From Candidatus Poribacteria bacterium (GTDB lineage: Bacteria; Poribacteria; WGA-4E; WGA-3G), in contig CBDANF010000003.1 in NCBI GenBank assembly GCA_965197475.1, positions 2,592,001 to 2,656,000 of the forward strand: DNA of 64,000 bases. Reading direction: 5' to 3'. Both the position numbers and the translations under genes were made by a program. Each line of letters begins with the position of its first letter. Position 1 is the first letter of the stretch. The notes under the pieces were generated by a model, which had not been told where the DNA came from, did not search any database, and saw only the letters and a list, made by a program, of their open reading frames with translations. Below are positions 9,020 through 19,021 of the stretch, one piece after another.

Positions 9020-10096
9020 CTACAGAAAAAGTACCCACATCGGATTTTTACCAACCTCATAACTTTCCAAATGCGTGAGTAAACCACTACCCCGATTGAT
9101 ACGATAAGTAGCAAGTTTCCCTGATCCTTGTCCGCCAACAAATAGGAAATTCCCTGTTTCGTCAATATTGAAAACGCGCGGTGTTGGCTCTGTTAGTTGA
9201 TGTCCCAACGCGGTTAATTCACCATTCTTTTCATCAATTGAAAATATCGCTATGCTGTCATGCCCGCGATTGGAAACATAAAGATACTTCGCTTGCGGAT
9301 CAATGTGAATTTGTGCGCAGCTATTATGTTCATCAAAATCCGCGGGAAGGGTGGAAAGCGTTTGAAACTCCCACAAAAGTCCGGGGGCATCATGAACGGT
9401 GTAGTCGGGAACACCTTGCTTTGGGACCGATACCTCTGGATCACCTTTTTGAAGGTTGTAAGCGGAAACACTTGATCCCTGCTCATTTGAGAAATAAAAG
9501 ATAGGTTTGTTAGGATGTTCGCAGTAATGGCGAGGTCCTTCTGGATCATCAGGATTTAAATTCCCAAAGAAATTTTGGGTCAACATGCCTGTATCAGCAT
9601 CAAAGTGGAACTGATAAATTGCGTTCCGAGGCACGGTGTGAGGCACAAAGGCAAAACGGTTTGATACGTCTGTTTCAATGTAATGCGCGTGTGGTGCTGT
9701 TTCTATGATTTGGATCGGTTCACCCTGGACAGCTTTATCATCTCCGATTGCATGCACGGTAACCTTGCCAGCACCGTAATACGCTGAGAGTAAAAAATTA
9801 CCCGTCTTGTCTGTTGCGATGTAGCATGTATCCGCATCAAGTTTAATTGTTCGTAAAAGTGTTAGATGTTTATTTTTTTCATCAATACGGAAAGTTGAAA
9901 TTTCTCGACTGGAGCGAAGTCCGGCATACAAATAGTTACCACACGGTGAAGGGGTTAATGGTCCAGGTGAACCACTGACATCAACATTTTCCTGAAAGTC
10001 AATCGCGCCATTGGATACATCAAACGTATAAATAGCGATTCTGTTTTCTCCAGCAATAGATAGATAAACGTGAGACTGCATATTCTTGTTCCTCAA
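9020..10096 (-). CDS. pgl: 6-phosphogluconolactonase-like lactonase (7-bladed propeller)
   Basis: HAH, GPRH, YFSNEQGSSV, YLYVSNRGHDSIAIF, PRVF motifs. Confidence 0.85.
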   Translation of the reverse strand: MRNKNMQSHVYLSIAGENRIAIYTFDVSNGAIDFQENVDVSGSPGPLTPSPCGNYLYAGLRSSREISTFRIDEKNKHLTLLRTIKLDADTCYIATDKTGNFLLSAYYGAGKVTVHAIGDDKAVQGEPIQIIETAPHAHYIETDVSNRFAFVPHTVPRNAIYQFHFDADTGMLTQNFFGNLNPDDPEGPRHYCEHPNKPIFYFSNEQGSSVSAYNLQKGDPEVSVPKQGVPDYTVHDAPGLLWEFQTLSTLPADFDEHNSCAQIHIDPQAKYLYVSNRGHDSIAIFSIDEKNGELTALGHQLTEPTPRVFNIDETGNFLFVGGQGSGKLATYRINRGSGLLTHLESYEVGKNPMWVLFL

Positions 10097-10272
10097 GTTT
10101 TTGGTTCTTATCTTTAGTCAATCTAAAAATACTTACACATTTCTTTAGATTTGCGGGGTTTGTAGTCGCGCAATTCACGTGCCTCCTACATTAAATTCAA
10201 ATTGTGAATGTCTTGGTGACATCTTTTCTTGCTCTCTATTGCAATTCAAACCGAAAAAACGAAATTACTTTC

Positions 10273-11262
10273 TCATTTTTTGCCTTTTTTGAGAGTGGAT
10301 TCAATCAGCGCATGGGTCTCTGGTTTGCTACAGAGACTGAGAAATACCTCGTGTTCAAGATCAAGCAGGTACTGTTCAGTAACAAACTGCGGTGCTGGAA
10401 GCATGCCTCCACAAAGTACGTAAGCCAATTTCTCAGCAAGAAACTGCTCATAATTGTTGACGGTATCGGCCTGTCGCAATTCCTGAACTTGCTGTTTTTG
10501 ACGCTTAATTCCTTCCTCTCCTAACACAAATACCTGCCGCGGTTGAGATGGTTGATAACCACTTTTCCAAAGTGAGAGTACCAATTGTTTCGCATCATCA
10601 AGGTGATTGGCTCTTTGCGTAGAGATAAGGTCGGTTTTTCGAAGATAACCGAGTTCTACTGCATCTGTAGCATTTTGCGAAACTTTCGCTTGATGAATAG
10701 TTTCAAATGCAGTATGGACATGTGAAAATAGCTGCTCAATTGGTGCTGATGTGTCTTGACTTTCTAAACAGCGGAATGCCATCTCAGTTGTCCCACTACC
10801 GCCGGGGATCAATCCAACGCGAAGTTCAACAAGTCCAAGTTTGCTGTTGGTGAAAGCCTGGACAGCATCTGCGCCGAACGCGATTTCACATCCGCCGCCG
10901 AGTGCCATACCAGCTATTGATGCTACTACAGGTTTTGTCGAAAGACGTAGACGGATGCAAACTTTCTGTAGGTTTCTAAGTGTTTTTGAAATCGCATCCC
11001 AGTTTTTACTTCGGGCGCGCTCTAATAAAAGAATGAGGTTAAGTCCTACCGAAAAATGGTCCGCTTCTGTGCCGATTACCATGCCTGAATAATTCGTTTC
11101 TACCACGTCCAGGGCAGAATCAAGAATCCCCAACGTGCTATCTTCAATAATGTTCAATTTACTATGTAGTTCAAAATAGGTGATACCGTCACCTATGTCA
11201 ATGAGACTTGCCACTTCATTTGAAATAATAGGTTTAGTATCTGCTGTTTTTGGGATTGGCAT
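10273..11262 (-). CDS. Enoyl-CoA hydratase (crotonase; resembles the C-terminal half of FadN)
   Basis: FSVGLNL, ALGGGCE, GLVELRVGLIPG, EQYLLDLEHEVFLSLC. Confidence 0.85.
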   Translation of the reverse strand: MPIPKTADTKPIISNEVASLIDIGDGITYFELHSKLNIIEDSTLGILDSALDVVETNYSGMVIGTEADHFSVGLNLILLLERARSKNWDAISKTLRNLQKVCIRLRLSTKPVVASIAGMALGGGCEIAFGADAVQAFTNSKLGLVELRVGLIPGGSGTTEMAFRCLESQDTSAPIEQLFSHVHTAFETIHQAKVSQNATDAVELGYLRKTDLISTQRANHLDDAKQLVLSLWKSGYQPSQPRQVFVLGEEGIKRQKQQVQELRQADTVNNYEQFLAEKLAYVLCGGMLPAPQFVTEQYLLDLEHEVFLSLCSKPETHALIESTLKKGKK

Positions 11263-11311
11263 TCTAAAATTACCTCAATAGTGAAAACTCAAGCTGCTTG
11301 TGAATGATCAA

Positions 11312-11710
11312 TTACGCATCAAAATTGTAGATGATTTGGTCGAAAGAATCGCGAGCAAAGGTGAATATGAAAACCAATGGTTCGGTTCCAGTACAACGGA
11401 CAGTATGTTTGGCATTAGGCGGAATGTAGACTGCTGAACCGGGACCGATTTCTGCTTCACAATCGTCAATCTCCATGTGCCCGTTGCCGCTGATGACGTA
11501 ATACGTTTCTTCTGGCTCATGATGGTGAAGCAAAAGCGAAGCACCAGGGGGTATCTCCGCTATTCCTGTGACAAGCCCGCTGCTCGGACCGCGTTCACCT
11601 GTGATAAGTAGTTTCCAGCGAATTGGACTTTTGGCGGCGATATCTGGGTCATCCCAACCTTCCCAGTCAAGTTCCGATTCATTGATTATTATAGGTTTCA
11701 ATATACTCAT
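11312..11710 (-). CDS. Cupin, DddK/DddW DMSP-lyase-like
   Basis: RWKLLI...SSGLVTGIAEIPPG..LHHHEPEETYYV..G.G...IPPNAKH...FTFARDSFDQIIY follows the recalled DddK/DddW pattern. Confidence 0.7.
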   Translation of the reverse strand: MSILKPIIINESELDWEGWDDPDIAAKSPIRWKLLITGERGPSSGLVTGIAEIPPGASLLLHHHEPEETYYVISGNGHMEIDDCEAEIGPGSAVYIPPNAKHTVRCTGTEPLVFIFTFARDSFDQIIYNFDA

Positions 11711-11809
11711 AAGTGCTCCTCCTGCTTGGACTAAGCGTATACCTAATCAGACTAATGCAGACATCTTCACATGACACGCTAAGTTGATTTGGGGTTAATG
11801 TATTTTCGA

Positions 11810-11838
11810 TTGACAATCTCAAACACTTGCGTTATTAT
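11810..11838 (+). promoter_or_regulatory. Sigma70-type promoter for the MazG gene
   Basis: TTGACA-17 bp-TATTAT. Confidence 0.65.
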
Positions 11839-11855
11839 ACAGAAAAAGGAGAATT

Positions 11856-12140
11856 ATGACAATTCAAAAATTTCAGAAACAGATTGAAGACATCTATTTT
11901 ACGCGAGATGCTGAACGAGGAGTACCATTAACCTTCACATGGTTCGTTGAGGAGGTAGGTGAATTAGCAAAAGAGATTCGCAAACAGCCGCAGGATATTG
12001 AACGGTTACGTGAAGAATTCGCAGATGTTTTGGCTTGGCTAACTACTTTGGCAAGTTTGCTCGGTATTTCTCTTGAGGATGCAGCGCAAATCTATGCAGT
12101 AGGATGTCCGAAGTGCAACGCTACACCCTGCGGATGTTAA
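11856..12140 (+). CDS. MazG-like nucleotide pyrophosphohydrolase (single domain)
   Basis: EEVGELAKEI...EEFADVLAW; C-terminal CPKC..PCGC. Confidence 0.88.
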   Translation: MTIQKFQKQIEDIYFTRDAERGVPLTFTWFVEEVGELAKEIRKQPQDIERLREEFADVLAWLTTLASLLGISLEDAAQIYAVGCPKCNATPCGC

Positions 12141-12167
12141 TCCATAATAGGCCTTGTAATTTTGGGA

Positions 12168-13538
12168 TTATTCGGGGAGTGGGCAGATTCCCTCAAATTC
12201 AATCAGCGCGGGTTCTTCGTTTACATCTAATTGGGATCGTCGCCCTTTAAATTTTACCTGTAACGCAGTTGGGTTGAGCAGTTTTAGGTCTAATTGGAGT
12301 ATATCTTCAACCGTGTTTGATAACTTCAAATGGAGTATTGAAACCAACCGTGCCAACTTATTAAATGTCAATGGTCTTGTTTTGAAGTGTTGATAGAGCT
12401 CTGGAATTGGAGATGTTAGAGCTTGCAGCCTATTGCCATATTGCGATGAAAGTTCGCCGCGTATCTGAACTTCTAACAGCATCTGGTCAAATACTGTCGC
12501 TTGCGTTAGGGAAGAACTCGGTGTTTCTAACTTTTCATCAAGGAGGAGTCGTTTAGCCCGCATGTTAGCAATCTGATCTAATGTAAGATGTTCAAAATTG
12601 ACTTTCTCTGTCCGATGCTTAAACACTTTTCCTGTCGTATCCTCAGTGAGAATGAGTTTCCACACAGTCTCTCCTTCGGCTGAAATTTGTGAAACTTCTC
12701 GCGGCTTTACCCATGCTGCATCTTCCTCATGTGCAAAAGCGAGTAGATCATGTCGATCTTTTCTCAATGAACACAGAAAAGCAGCATGTTTTGATGACGT
12801 AGGAGAAAGCGTTAGAGAAATCTTCTTTGAATCCCAGCACACTTCTTGAAACGGAATGAAAAAATGCTGTCCATTTACTGGACGGAATAACACGCAGTTA
12901 CCGGACTCCTTTTCTTCTTTGTCTGTAGCGTTTATAGATTCAGAGAATCCGGATGGCATGATGTTGAGAATCTTCTGAATACCAGAGTTCCAGTCTTCAT
13001 AGAGGTTAACATATTGAAAGGTTCGTAATGACTCACCTTCTCCGATGTCAATATCAGGAATCTCGCATTCGTTCAATTTTACAGGGATAAACCATATTTT
13101 ATCAATAGGCTTTTCCTGAAGCTTATCAATTGCGATAGACAATTCTTCAAACATGTATGTCTTTTCGCGAGCGTTATATTCCTTTGAAAAACATGCCATA
13201 AAGAAATCTCCATGATGAATTGTCTGCTGAATCGCTTGCTTCCACGGCATGCCAGGGTTTATATTATCCTTGTCTATCCAAACAGTTGCACCATTTGAGG
13301 TAAGAGCATGGCAAAGTTTATCTACGGCAGCTTTATTCTCATGGCAGTAGGAGATAAAGACGTGTCTCATTTCTCTGGCATGTTTAATTTCCATGTTGAC
13401 ATGGTTGATTAAGCGCGCTTTGAAAACTTCACGGCGTCTTTTATGTGCTTCGGGTCCTCGTCGGATTTGGGACGGCTCGGGAGCGTTATCCCGCGTGTAG
13501 GCTTCATAATCAAATTCAACTTCTTTTGTAGTATTCAT
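12168..13538 (-). CDS. TIR-domain protein with a BrnA-antitoxin-like N-terminal segment and an unknown C-terminal domain
   Basis: HVFISYCHE...VWIDKDNINPGMPW...CFSKEY...MFEELSIA is a TIR box with the catalytic Glu. The ATG at 13538 overlaps the BrnT 3' end. Confidence 0.82.
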   Translation of the reverse strand: MNTTKEVEFDYEAYTRDNAPEPSQIRRGPEAHKRRREVFKARLINHVNMEIKHAREMRHVFISYCHENKAAVDKLCHALTSNGATVWIDKDNINPGMPWKQAIQQTIHHGDFFMACFSKEYNAREKTYMFEELSIAIDKLQEKPIDKIWFIPVKLNECEIPDIDIGEGESLRTFQYVNLYEDWNSGIQKILNIMPSGFSESINATDKEEKESGNCVLFRPVNGQHFFIPFQEVCWDSKKISLTLSPTSSKHAAFLCSLRKDRHDLLAFAHEEDAAWVKPREVSQISAEGETVWKLILTEDTTGKVFKHRTEKVNFEHLTLDQIANMRAKRLLLDEKLETPSSSLTQATVFDQMLLEVQIRGELSSQYGNRLQALTSPIPELYQHFKTRPLTFNKLARLVSILHLKLSNTVEDILQLDLKLLNPTALQVKFKGRRSQLDVNEEPALIEFEGICPLPE

Positions 13539-13794
13539 TAAGAACTTCTCCTTTAGCCTCATAAGCGGTAATTAAACGATGGAATTCTTCACCTTCCGCG
13601 ATATAAATAATTATCAATACCCGATTAGTGACAGTTTTCCCTACATACATCTACCGATCTGCATGCCCTTGCGGGTCCGGAGCATCGTATCCCTTGTGAT
13701 CATCAAAAGCAGAAACCACTTCATAAAACCAGACGTTGTGCTTCCTTTGAACCTCCTCATACTTATCTGCGTCCCATACAAACCCAATATCCAT
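13516..13794 (-). pseudogene. BrnT-family toxin with an internal TAG (13651-13653)
   Basis: MDIGFVWDADKYEEVQRKHNVWFYEVVSAFDD...HADR*MYVGKTVTNRVLIIIY...HRLITAYEA...YYKRS (93 codons) shows the F-W-D..K...KH...F.E...F.D...R..G...R-LI-[ST]A pattern. Confidence 0.8.
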
Positions 13795-13835
13795 GCAGCA
13801 GACTCCATACGTTTAGGCAATTCAAACAACAACTG

Positions 13836-15116
13836 CTAATTCCCATTCAGAAAACGCTCAAAGTTTCCTCCGAACAAGTTGTTAACATCTCGCTCAATCT
13901 CTGACGTAGTAAGTGTCCACCCTACATCCAAGAGGGATTTGTATTTTTCAACCAAAACGTCAGCAATGGTCTGACGCGAGTGCTTCCATTTATAGATAAG
14001 TTGATCCAAGATTCGCGCATCGGAATGTTGTGGAATAACGCTCAAACCGAGTAACTCTATCCGCTCACGGGTTATCTCTTCAATGACACTCGGATTGTTC
14101 ATAAACCACCAACACCCAAAAATCATCAAATTCTTGAATTTGCGTCCTATTACACACAATTCATGTTGGTTTTCGCGGGAGAGAAGTGTCACAAGGAATT
14201 TATTGTCAGGGTTTTCACGGAGAAGTGTCTCCAGGCTGCTCAGATCCGCCTTTCCTGTGCCATCGCCTGCCATTCGAAGTTGAGGGTTAACTGCACGCTT
14301 AACGCCAATCATCAGTGCAAATGGGACGTTGAATTCACGAGAGACAGGTAAAATACAGTTGTCAAACAACCGACCAAGAATACCATCATCAGGGTATTGA
14401 AAATCAGGTGGTAGGGAAACAGCCATATATTTTGGGTTCATTCGCTGGATCCAGGTCTCCAAAAAACGCCGCACCTCTTTGTAGCCTTTTTTAGATGAGA
14501 GTTTAGGATCAACTTCATAGCCGAGTCCGCGTAGATGTTCATAAGCCGTTTCTTCGTAACTATTAATGAGAACATCCATCCGAAGTGCAGCTTCAAAACG
14601 GGTATCACCTGTATCACCCGATTCCCACACCGGTGCTTCTGTTGGATCAAACGGGTCATTCGTCATAACGACTTTAGAGACATTTGAACTCTCAAAAACG
14701 GTGTCTATAAACGCTTCTACAGTGGTATCCGAAAAATAGTCGCGGTAGTCCTGTAAGTTGCGAGAACCCACATCCAATCCTAATTCGTTCAATGTTGTCA
14801 CAACCCCGCGGCATGCTTCACTGATCGGTGAGTTTTCAATAAAGAGTGTCTGCCAAATCAGCTCTGCTTGCTGCATTTTAGTCATATCCCAAAAGTGTTG
14901 ATACGAGACATCTGATTTGCGGAATACCTCAGCGATGAGATAGTGATAGGTCAAAAGTTCATCAATCCCCCACAACAAAAGTTTGTCAAAAGGTGGACTA
15001 AAAAGATGCGTGTGAATATCGGTAATATTTTGGGAGTTAACAACTTCTGAAATGGTGGTTTTCAATTGATCGGCAGTTTCAATTTTTTGGTCACTTTTTT
15101 TATCGGGAACGTTCAT
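13836..15116 (-). CDS. uxaC: Glucuronate isomerase (BH0493-type uronate isomerase)
   Basis: TDIHTHLF, LLWGIDELLTYHYL, MTNDPFD, FGCWWF, PQHSDAR. Confidence 0.88.
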   Translation of the reverse strand: MNVPDKKSDQKIETADQLKTTISEVVNSQNITDIHTHLFSPPFDKLLLWGIDELLTYHYLIAEVFRKSDVSYQHFWDMTKMQQAELIWQTLFIENSPISEACRGVVTTLNELGLDVGSRNLQDYRDYFSDTTVEAFIDTVFESSNVSKVVMTNDPFDPTEAPVWESGDTGDTRFEAALRMDVLINSYEETAYEHLRGLGYEVDPKLSSKKGYKEVRRFLETWIQRMNPKYMAVSLPPDFQYPDDGILGRLFDNCILPVSREFNVPFALMIGVKRAVNPQLRMAGDGTGKADLSSLETLLRENPDNKFLVTLLSRENQHELCVIGRKFKNLMIFGCWWFMNNPSVIEEITRERIELLGLSVIPQHSDARILDQLIYKWKHSRQTIADVLVEKYKSLLDVGWTLTTSEIERDVNNLFGGNFERFLNGN

Positions 15117-15117
15117 A

Positions 15118-15594
15118 TTAGGGCTCCGAGTTAAGTTTGCGGCGGATATAATTTACGATTTCTTCAGGAGGATGTTTTCCAAATCGGATGTAAACACCTC
15201 GAAAGTTTTCAAGGCGTGTAGGTTCTGCAAAGGGACTGAGCAGCACCCCGTTTTTGTCAACGTAATAACTACGGAATGCTGACCAAGGACGCTCCAATTT
15301 GTAACAACAAGCGGTGACAACGAAATTTTCTATTCCGCAGTGGTAATGAAAAGGTAAAAAGTATTTGTAGAGCGGTCCGATCAGAAAAATTGCGGATAAT
15401 AGGATAACAATAGGGGACTTAAACCCAGAATTGATAACGATAAGAATAAAAGACAGAAACAGCAATAACAGCACGGACCGTTTCCAGCTCTCAACGAGGG
15501 GATGCACACGCCACGAAATTTCTTGTGCGTGTGTCTGTTCGGAGACAGAATCGAGAGAGTCAGTTTCTTCAACGGTCTGCTCTTTTTCCTTCAC
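15118..15594 (-). CDS. Hypothetical membrane protein
   Basis: Two TM helices; NGVLLSPF..RLENFRG motif; in the secG operon. Confidence 0.7.
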   Translation of the reverse strand: MKEKEQTVEETDSLDSVSEQTHAQEISWRVHPLVESWKRSVLLLLFLSFILIVINSGFKSPIVILLSAIFLIGPLYKYFLPFHYHCGIENFVVTACCYKLERPWSAFRSYYVDKNGVLLSPFAEPTRLENFRGVYIRFGKHPPEEIVNYIRRKLNSEP

Positions 15595-15597
15595 TTG

Positions 15598-16053
15598 TTA
15601 CTCTGTTTCTTCTTTAGGTATAATGGTGCCCTTTGGATCTTCCTCAGTCGTTTCAGTTGGAGTTTCCTCACTGTTTTCTTCTGTGGGCGTGACGGTGCCT
15701 TTTGAATCTTCTTCACCCGCATCCTCAACCACTTCGTCCGCGCTTTCAGTATCAGCAGCTTCTTGAACTTCTTGTGCTCCTTCATTTAGTGGTGTAAGGG
15801 TTTCATCTGCTGTTTCTCCATAAAACCGCATCAAGAAGAGCGAAATGACCATAAATCCTATAGCAATCCAAGTTGTTAGTTTGCTAAGAAATGTTGCAGC
15901 ACCATGACCACCAAGTACAGATTGCATTCCGGATGCGCCAAAAGCACTTGATGAAAGCCCTTCACCTTTGCTGTCTTGCAAAAGAATAATCAGTGTCAGG
16001 ACGACACAAATTGGAACGAAGAGTATGATTGCTATAGTTACGAAAACTCCCAT
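15598..16053 (-). CDS. secG: Preprotein translocase SecG with an acidic C-terminal extension
   Basis: LIILLQDSKGEGLSSSAFG...FLSKLTTW; downstream of tpiA. Confidence 0.9.
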   Translation of the reverse strand: MGVFVTIAIILFVPICVVLTLIILLQDSKGEGLSSSAFGASGMQSVLGGHGAATFLSKLTTWIAIGFMVISLFLMRFYGETADETLTPLNEGAQEVQEAADTESADEVVEDAGEEDSKGTVTPTEENSEETPTETTEEDPKGTIIPKEETE

Positions 16054-16096
16054 AAGATATTCCTCTCTAAATTGCCTACAAGGCAATTTAATTTAG

Positions 16097-16863
16097 TTAT
16101 ATTACACTTTTCACAATTTGAGCGAAAGATTTGGCTTGAAGGCTTGCGCCACCAACAAGCGCACCATCAACATCGGGTTGTGACATAAGGTCTGCCGCGT
16201 TCTCTGGTTTCACACTACCACCGTACTGAATGCATATCTGAGATGCAACTTCGTCGGAGTAAGCGTTCCTCAACAATTTCCGGATATAACTGTGTACTTC
16301 CTGTGCTTGTGCAGGCGTTGCAGTTTTCCCTGTGCCGATTGCCCAGACAGGTTCATAGGCTATAACGCTTGACAACAATTCAGCGGCTGATAAGTCCGAA
16401 ATGCCGCCTGTAACATGATTTTCAATTACCTTTTCTGTGTGCCCTACTTCTCTGTCTTCCAGTTGTTCACCAACACAGATAATCGGCTTCAAGTCGTGAG
16501 AGAGTGCAGCTTTGACTTTTTGATTGACATCCTCATTTGTCTCACTGAAGAACTGCCGGCGCTCTGAATGTCCTATAATAACGTAGTCACACCCAGCATC
16601 TTTCAACATCGGTACTGACACTTCCCCGGTAAATGCGCCACTGTCCTCCCAATAGACATCTTGCGCAGCAAGATGAATGTTGCTGTCTTGTATAATATTA
16701 CTGACAGCAGCAAGTGCAGTAAAAGCGGGAGCAACAATAATTTCAACTCCGGTGCAGCCAGCAACTAAATCTTTTAACGCAGCCGTGAGAGCAACAGCCT
16801 CTGAAATTGTTTTATTTAGTTTCCAATTTCCTGCAATGATAGGTGTTCGCATAGTCCTTCCCA

Positions 16864-16864
<1 letters not shown>
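16097..16864 (-). CDS. tpiA: Triosephosphate isomerase
   Basis: AGNWK, IIGHSERR, AYEPVWAIGTG, YGGSV. Confidence 0.98.
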
Positions 16865-17916
<1,052 letters not shown>

Positions 17917-18019
17917 TTACCTGATTTCATTATTTAAACTATAATAATTTATACTTTTTCAATACCTTAATAATTATACCTCAAAATGTAGTAAATTGCA
18001 AGTGTGTTATAGGGTGTGG

Positions 18020-18639
18020 CAGAGCCATTCAATTTTCGGTATCTCTCCCGATGAGTTTGAGTGCTTGTCTGGATGTGCGGCAAAATATCGGAATGAATAT
18101 GCTATTTCAGTGTATCCAGATGTGCGCGAAAGACTGATCACCGCATTTCGTAATGCACACATTACTTGTGGAATACTACCACAACGCACTTGTGAAGCAT
18201 CTTCACCAAACAACATATCGCGGGTGTGATGCGCCAAGTTCTCTATTGCCCAATGTCCACGCCGTAGTGTCAAAAGTCGTGCTGCGGCGCCGTCTTCTGG
18301 TGGCAAACATGTTATCCCATATTGTATCCAATGTGTTGTTTCCTGTGCGGGTATGCGTGCGTTCGCATCGGTATTGATTGATACATTTGTGCAAGCCTCG
18401 GCCATGACAAATAGTCTGTGAGGGCGGTGCTAGCAGTAAGCGTGCGTGTTTGTATCCAACCGTGTCCTTTTTCAACAGCACTATAACTGCGATACCCACA
18501 CAGCATTGCGACAACCGTGAGACCTAAAATGGCTGGCAGCGGATGGCGTTTGCCTTGTGACATGTGTGGCGTGAAAAGACAAGCAACACATGGTGATAAC
18601 CTATACAACAATATGTATTTCGAAAATTGAATGGCTCTG
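18020..18639 (-). mobile_element. Internally deleted ISAs1-family element
   Basis: Perfect IRs CAGAGCCATTCAATTTTCG / CGAAAATTGAATGGCTCTG. Transposase fragments GKRHPLPAILGLTVVAMLCG, EKGHG and RGHWAIEN..H..RD..FGED lie in different frames. Confidence 0.88.
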
Positions 18640-18663
18640 CATCAAAATAGAAGTAGTACATAC

Positions 18664-18991
18664 TTATTTCTCGCGTTCCTCAATAATAGCGCGAGTAAAC
18701 TCGTTATCTTCAGCGCGAATGCCGTTTTTTGCCATACGCGCTTGTAGCTCTTCGGCAGGAATTGGTTTGCCAGAAATACCTATTTTCTCAAACACTTCTC
18801 GGATAATATCAGCATGCTGCTTTGTGTTTCGCCCATGAAATGCCATCACCTCCTCGCCTGTCTTATAATTCTTAGGTGTGTGTGACGACAGCATCTACGA
18901 GCAAAGAAAGTTGTTGATTTAACTCAACAATCCCTTTTTCAAGGCGATCTAAGCGTTCAACTACGCCTTCAAGCGTCGCTTTTTCCATCAT
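18664..18991 (-). pseudogene. Small antitoxin-like protein with an apparent frameshift
   Basis: RBS GAGGAGG and ATG at 18991 give MMEKATLEGVVERLDRLEKGIVEL..., which is out of frame with the C-terminal GKPIPAEELQARMAKNGIRAEDNEFTRAIIEEREK. Confidence 0.45.
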
Positions 18992-19021
18992 AATTATCCT
19001 CCTCTATTCATTTGTAAAGAA

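Noticed and set aside
11856-12140. MazG as part of the TIR module
   Set aside because: Convergent orientation with its own promoter; resembles a housekeeping single-domain MazG.
6132-13653. Stop-codon reassignment or pyrrolysine, suggested by several in-frame TAG/TAA stops
   Set aside because: TAG and TAA terminate many intact genes here, and the interrupted genes are mobile or accessory, so pseudogenisation is simpler. Only the UGA at 8646 has a recoding context.
13641-13832. 63-aa ORF from the track
   Set aside because: Wrong frame; the overlapping frame encodes the BrnT-like pseudogene.
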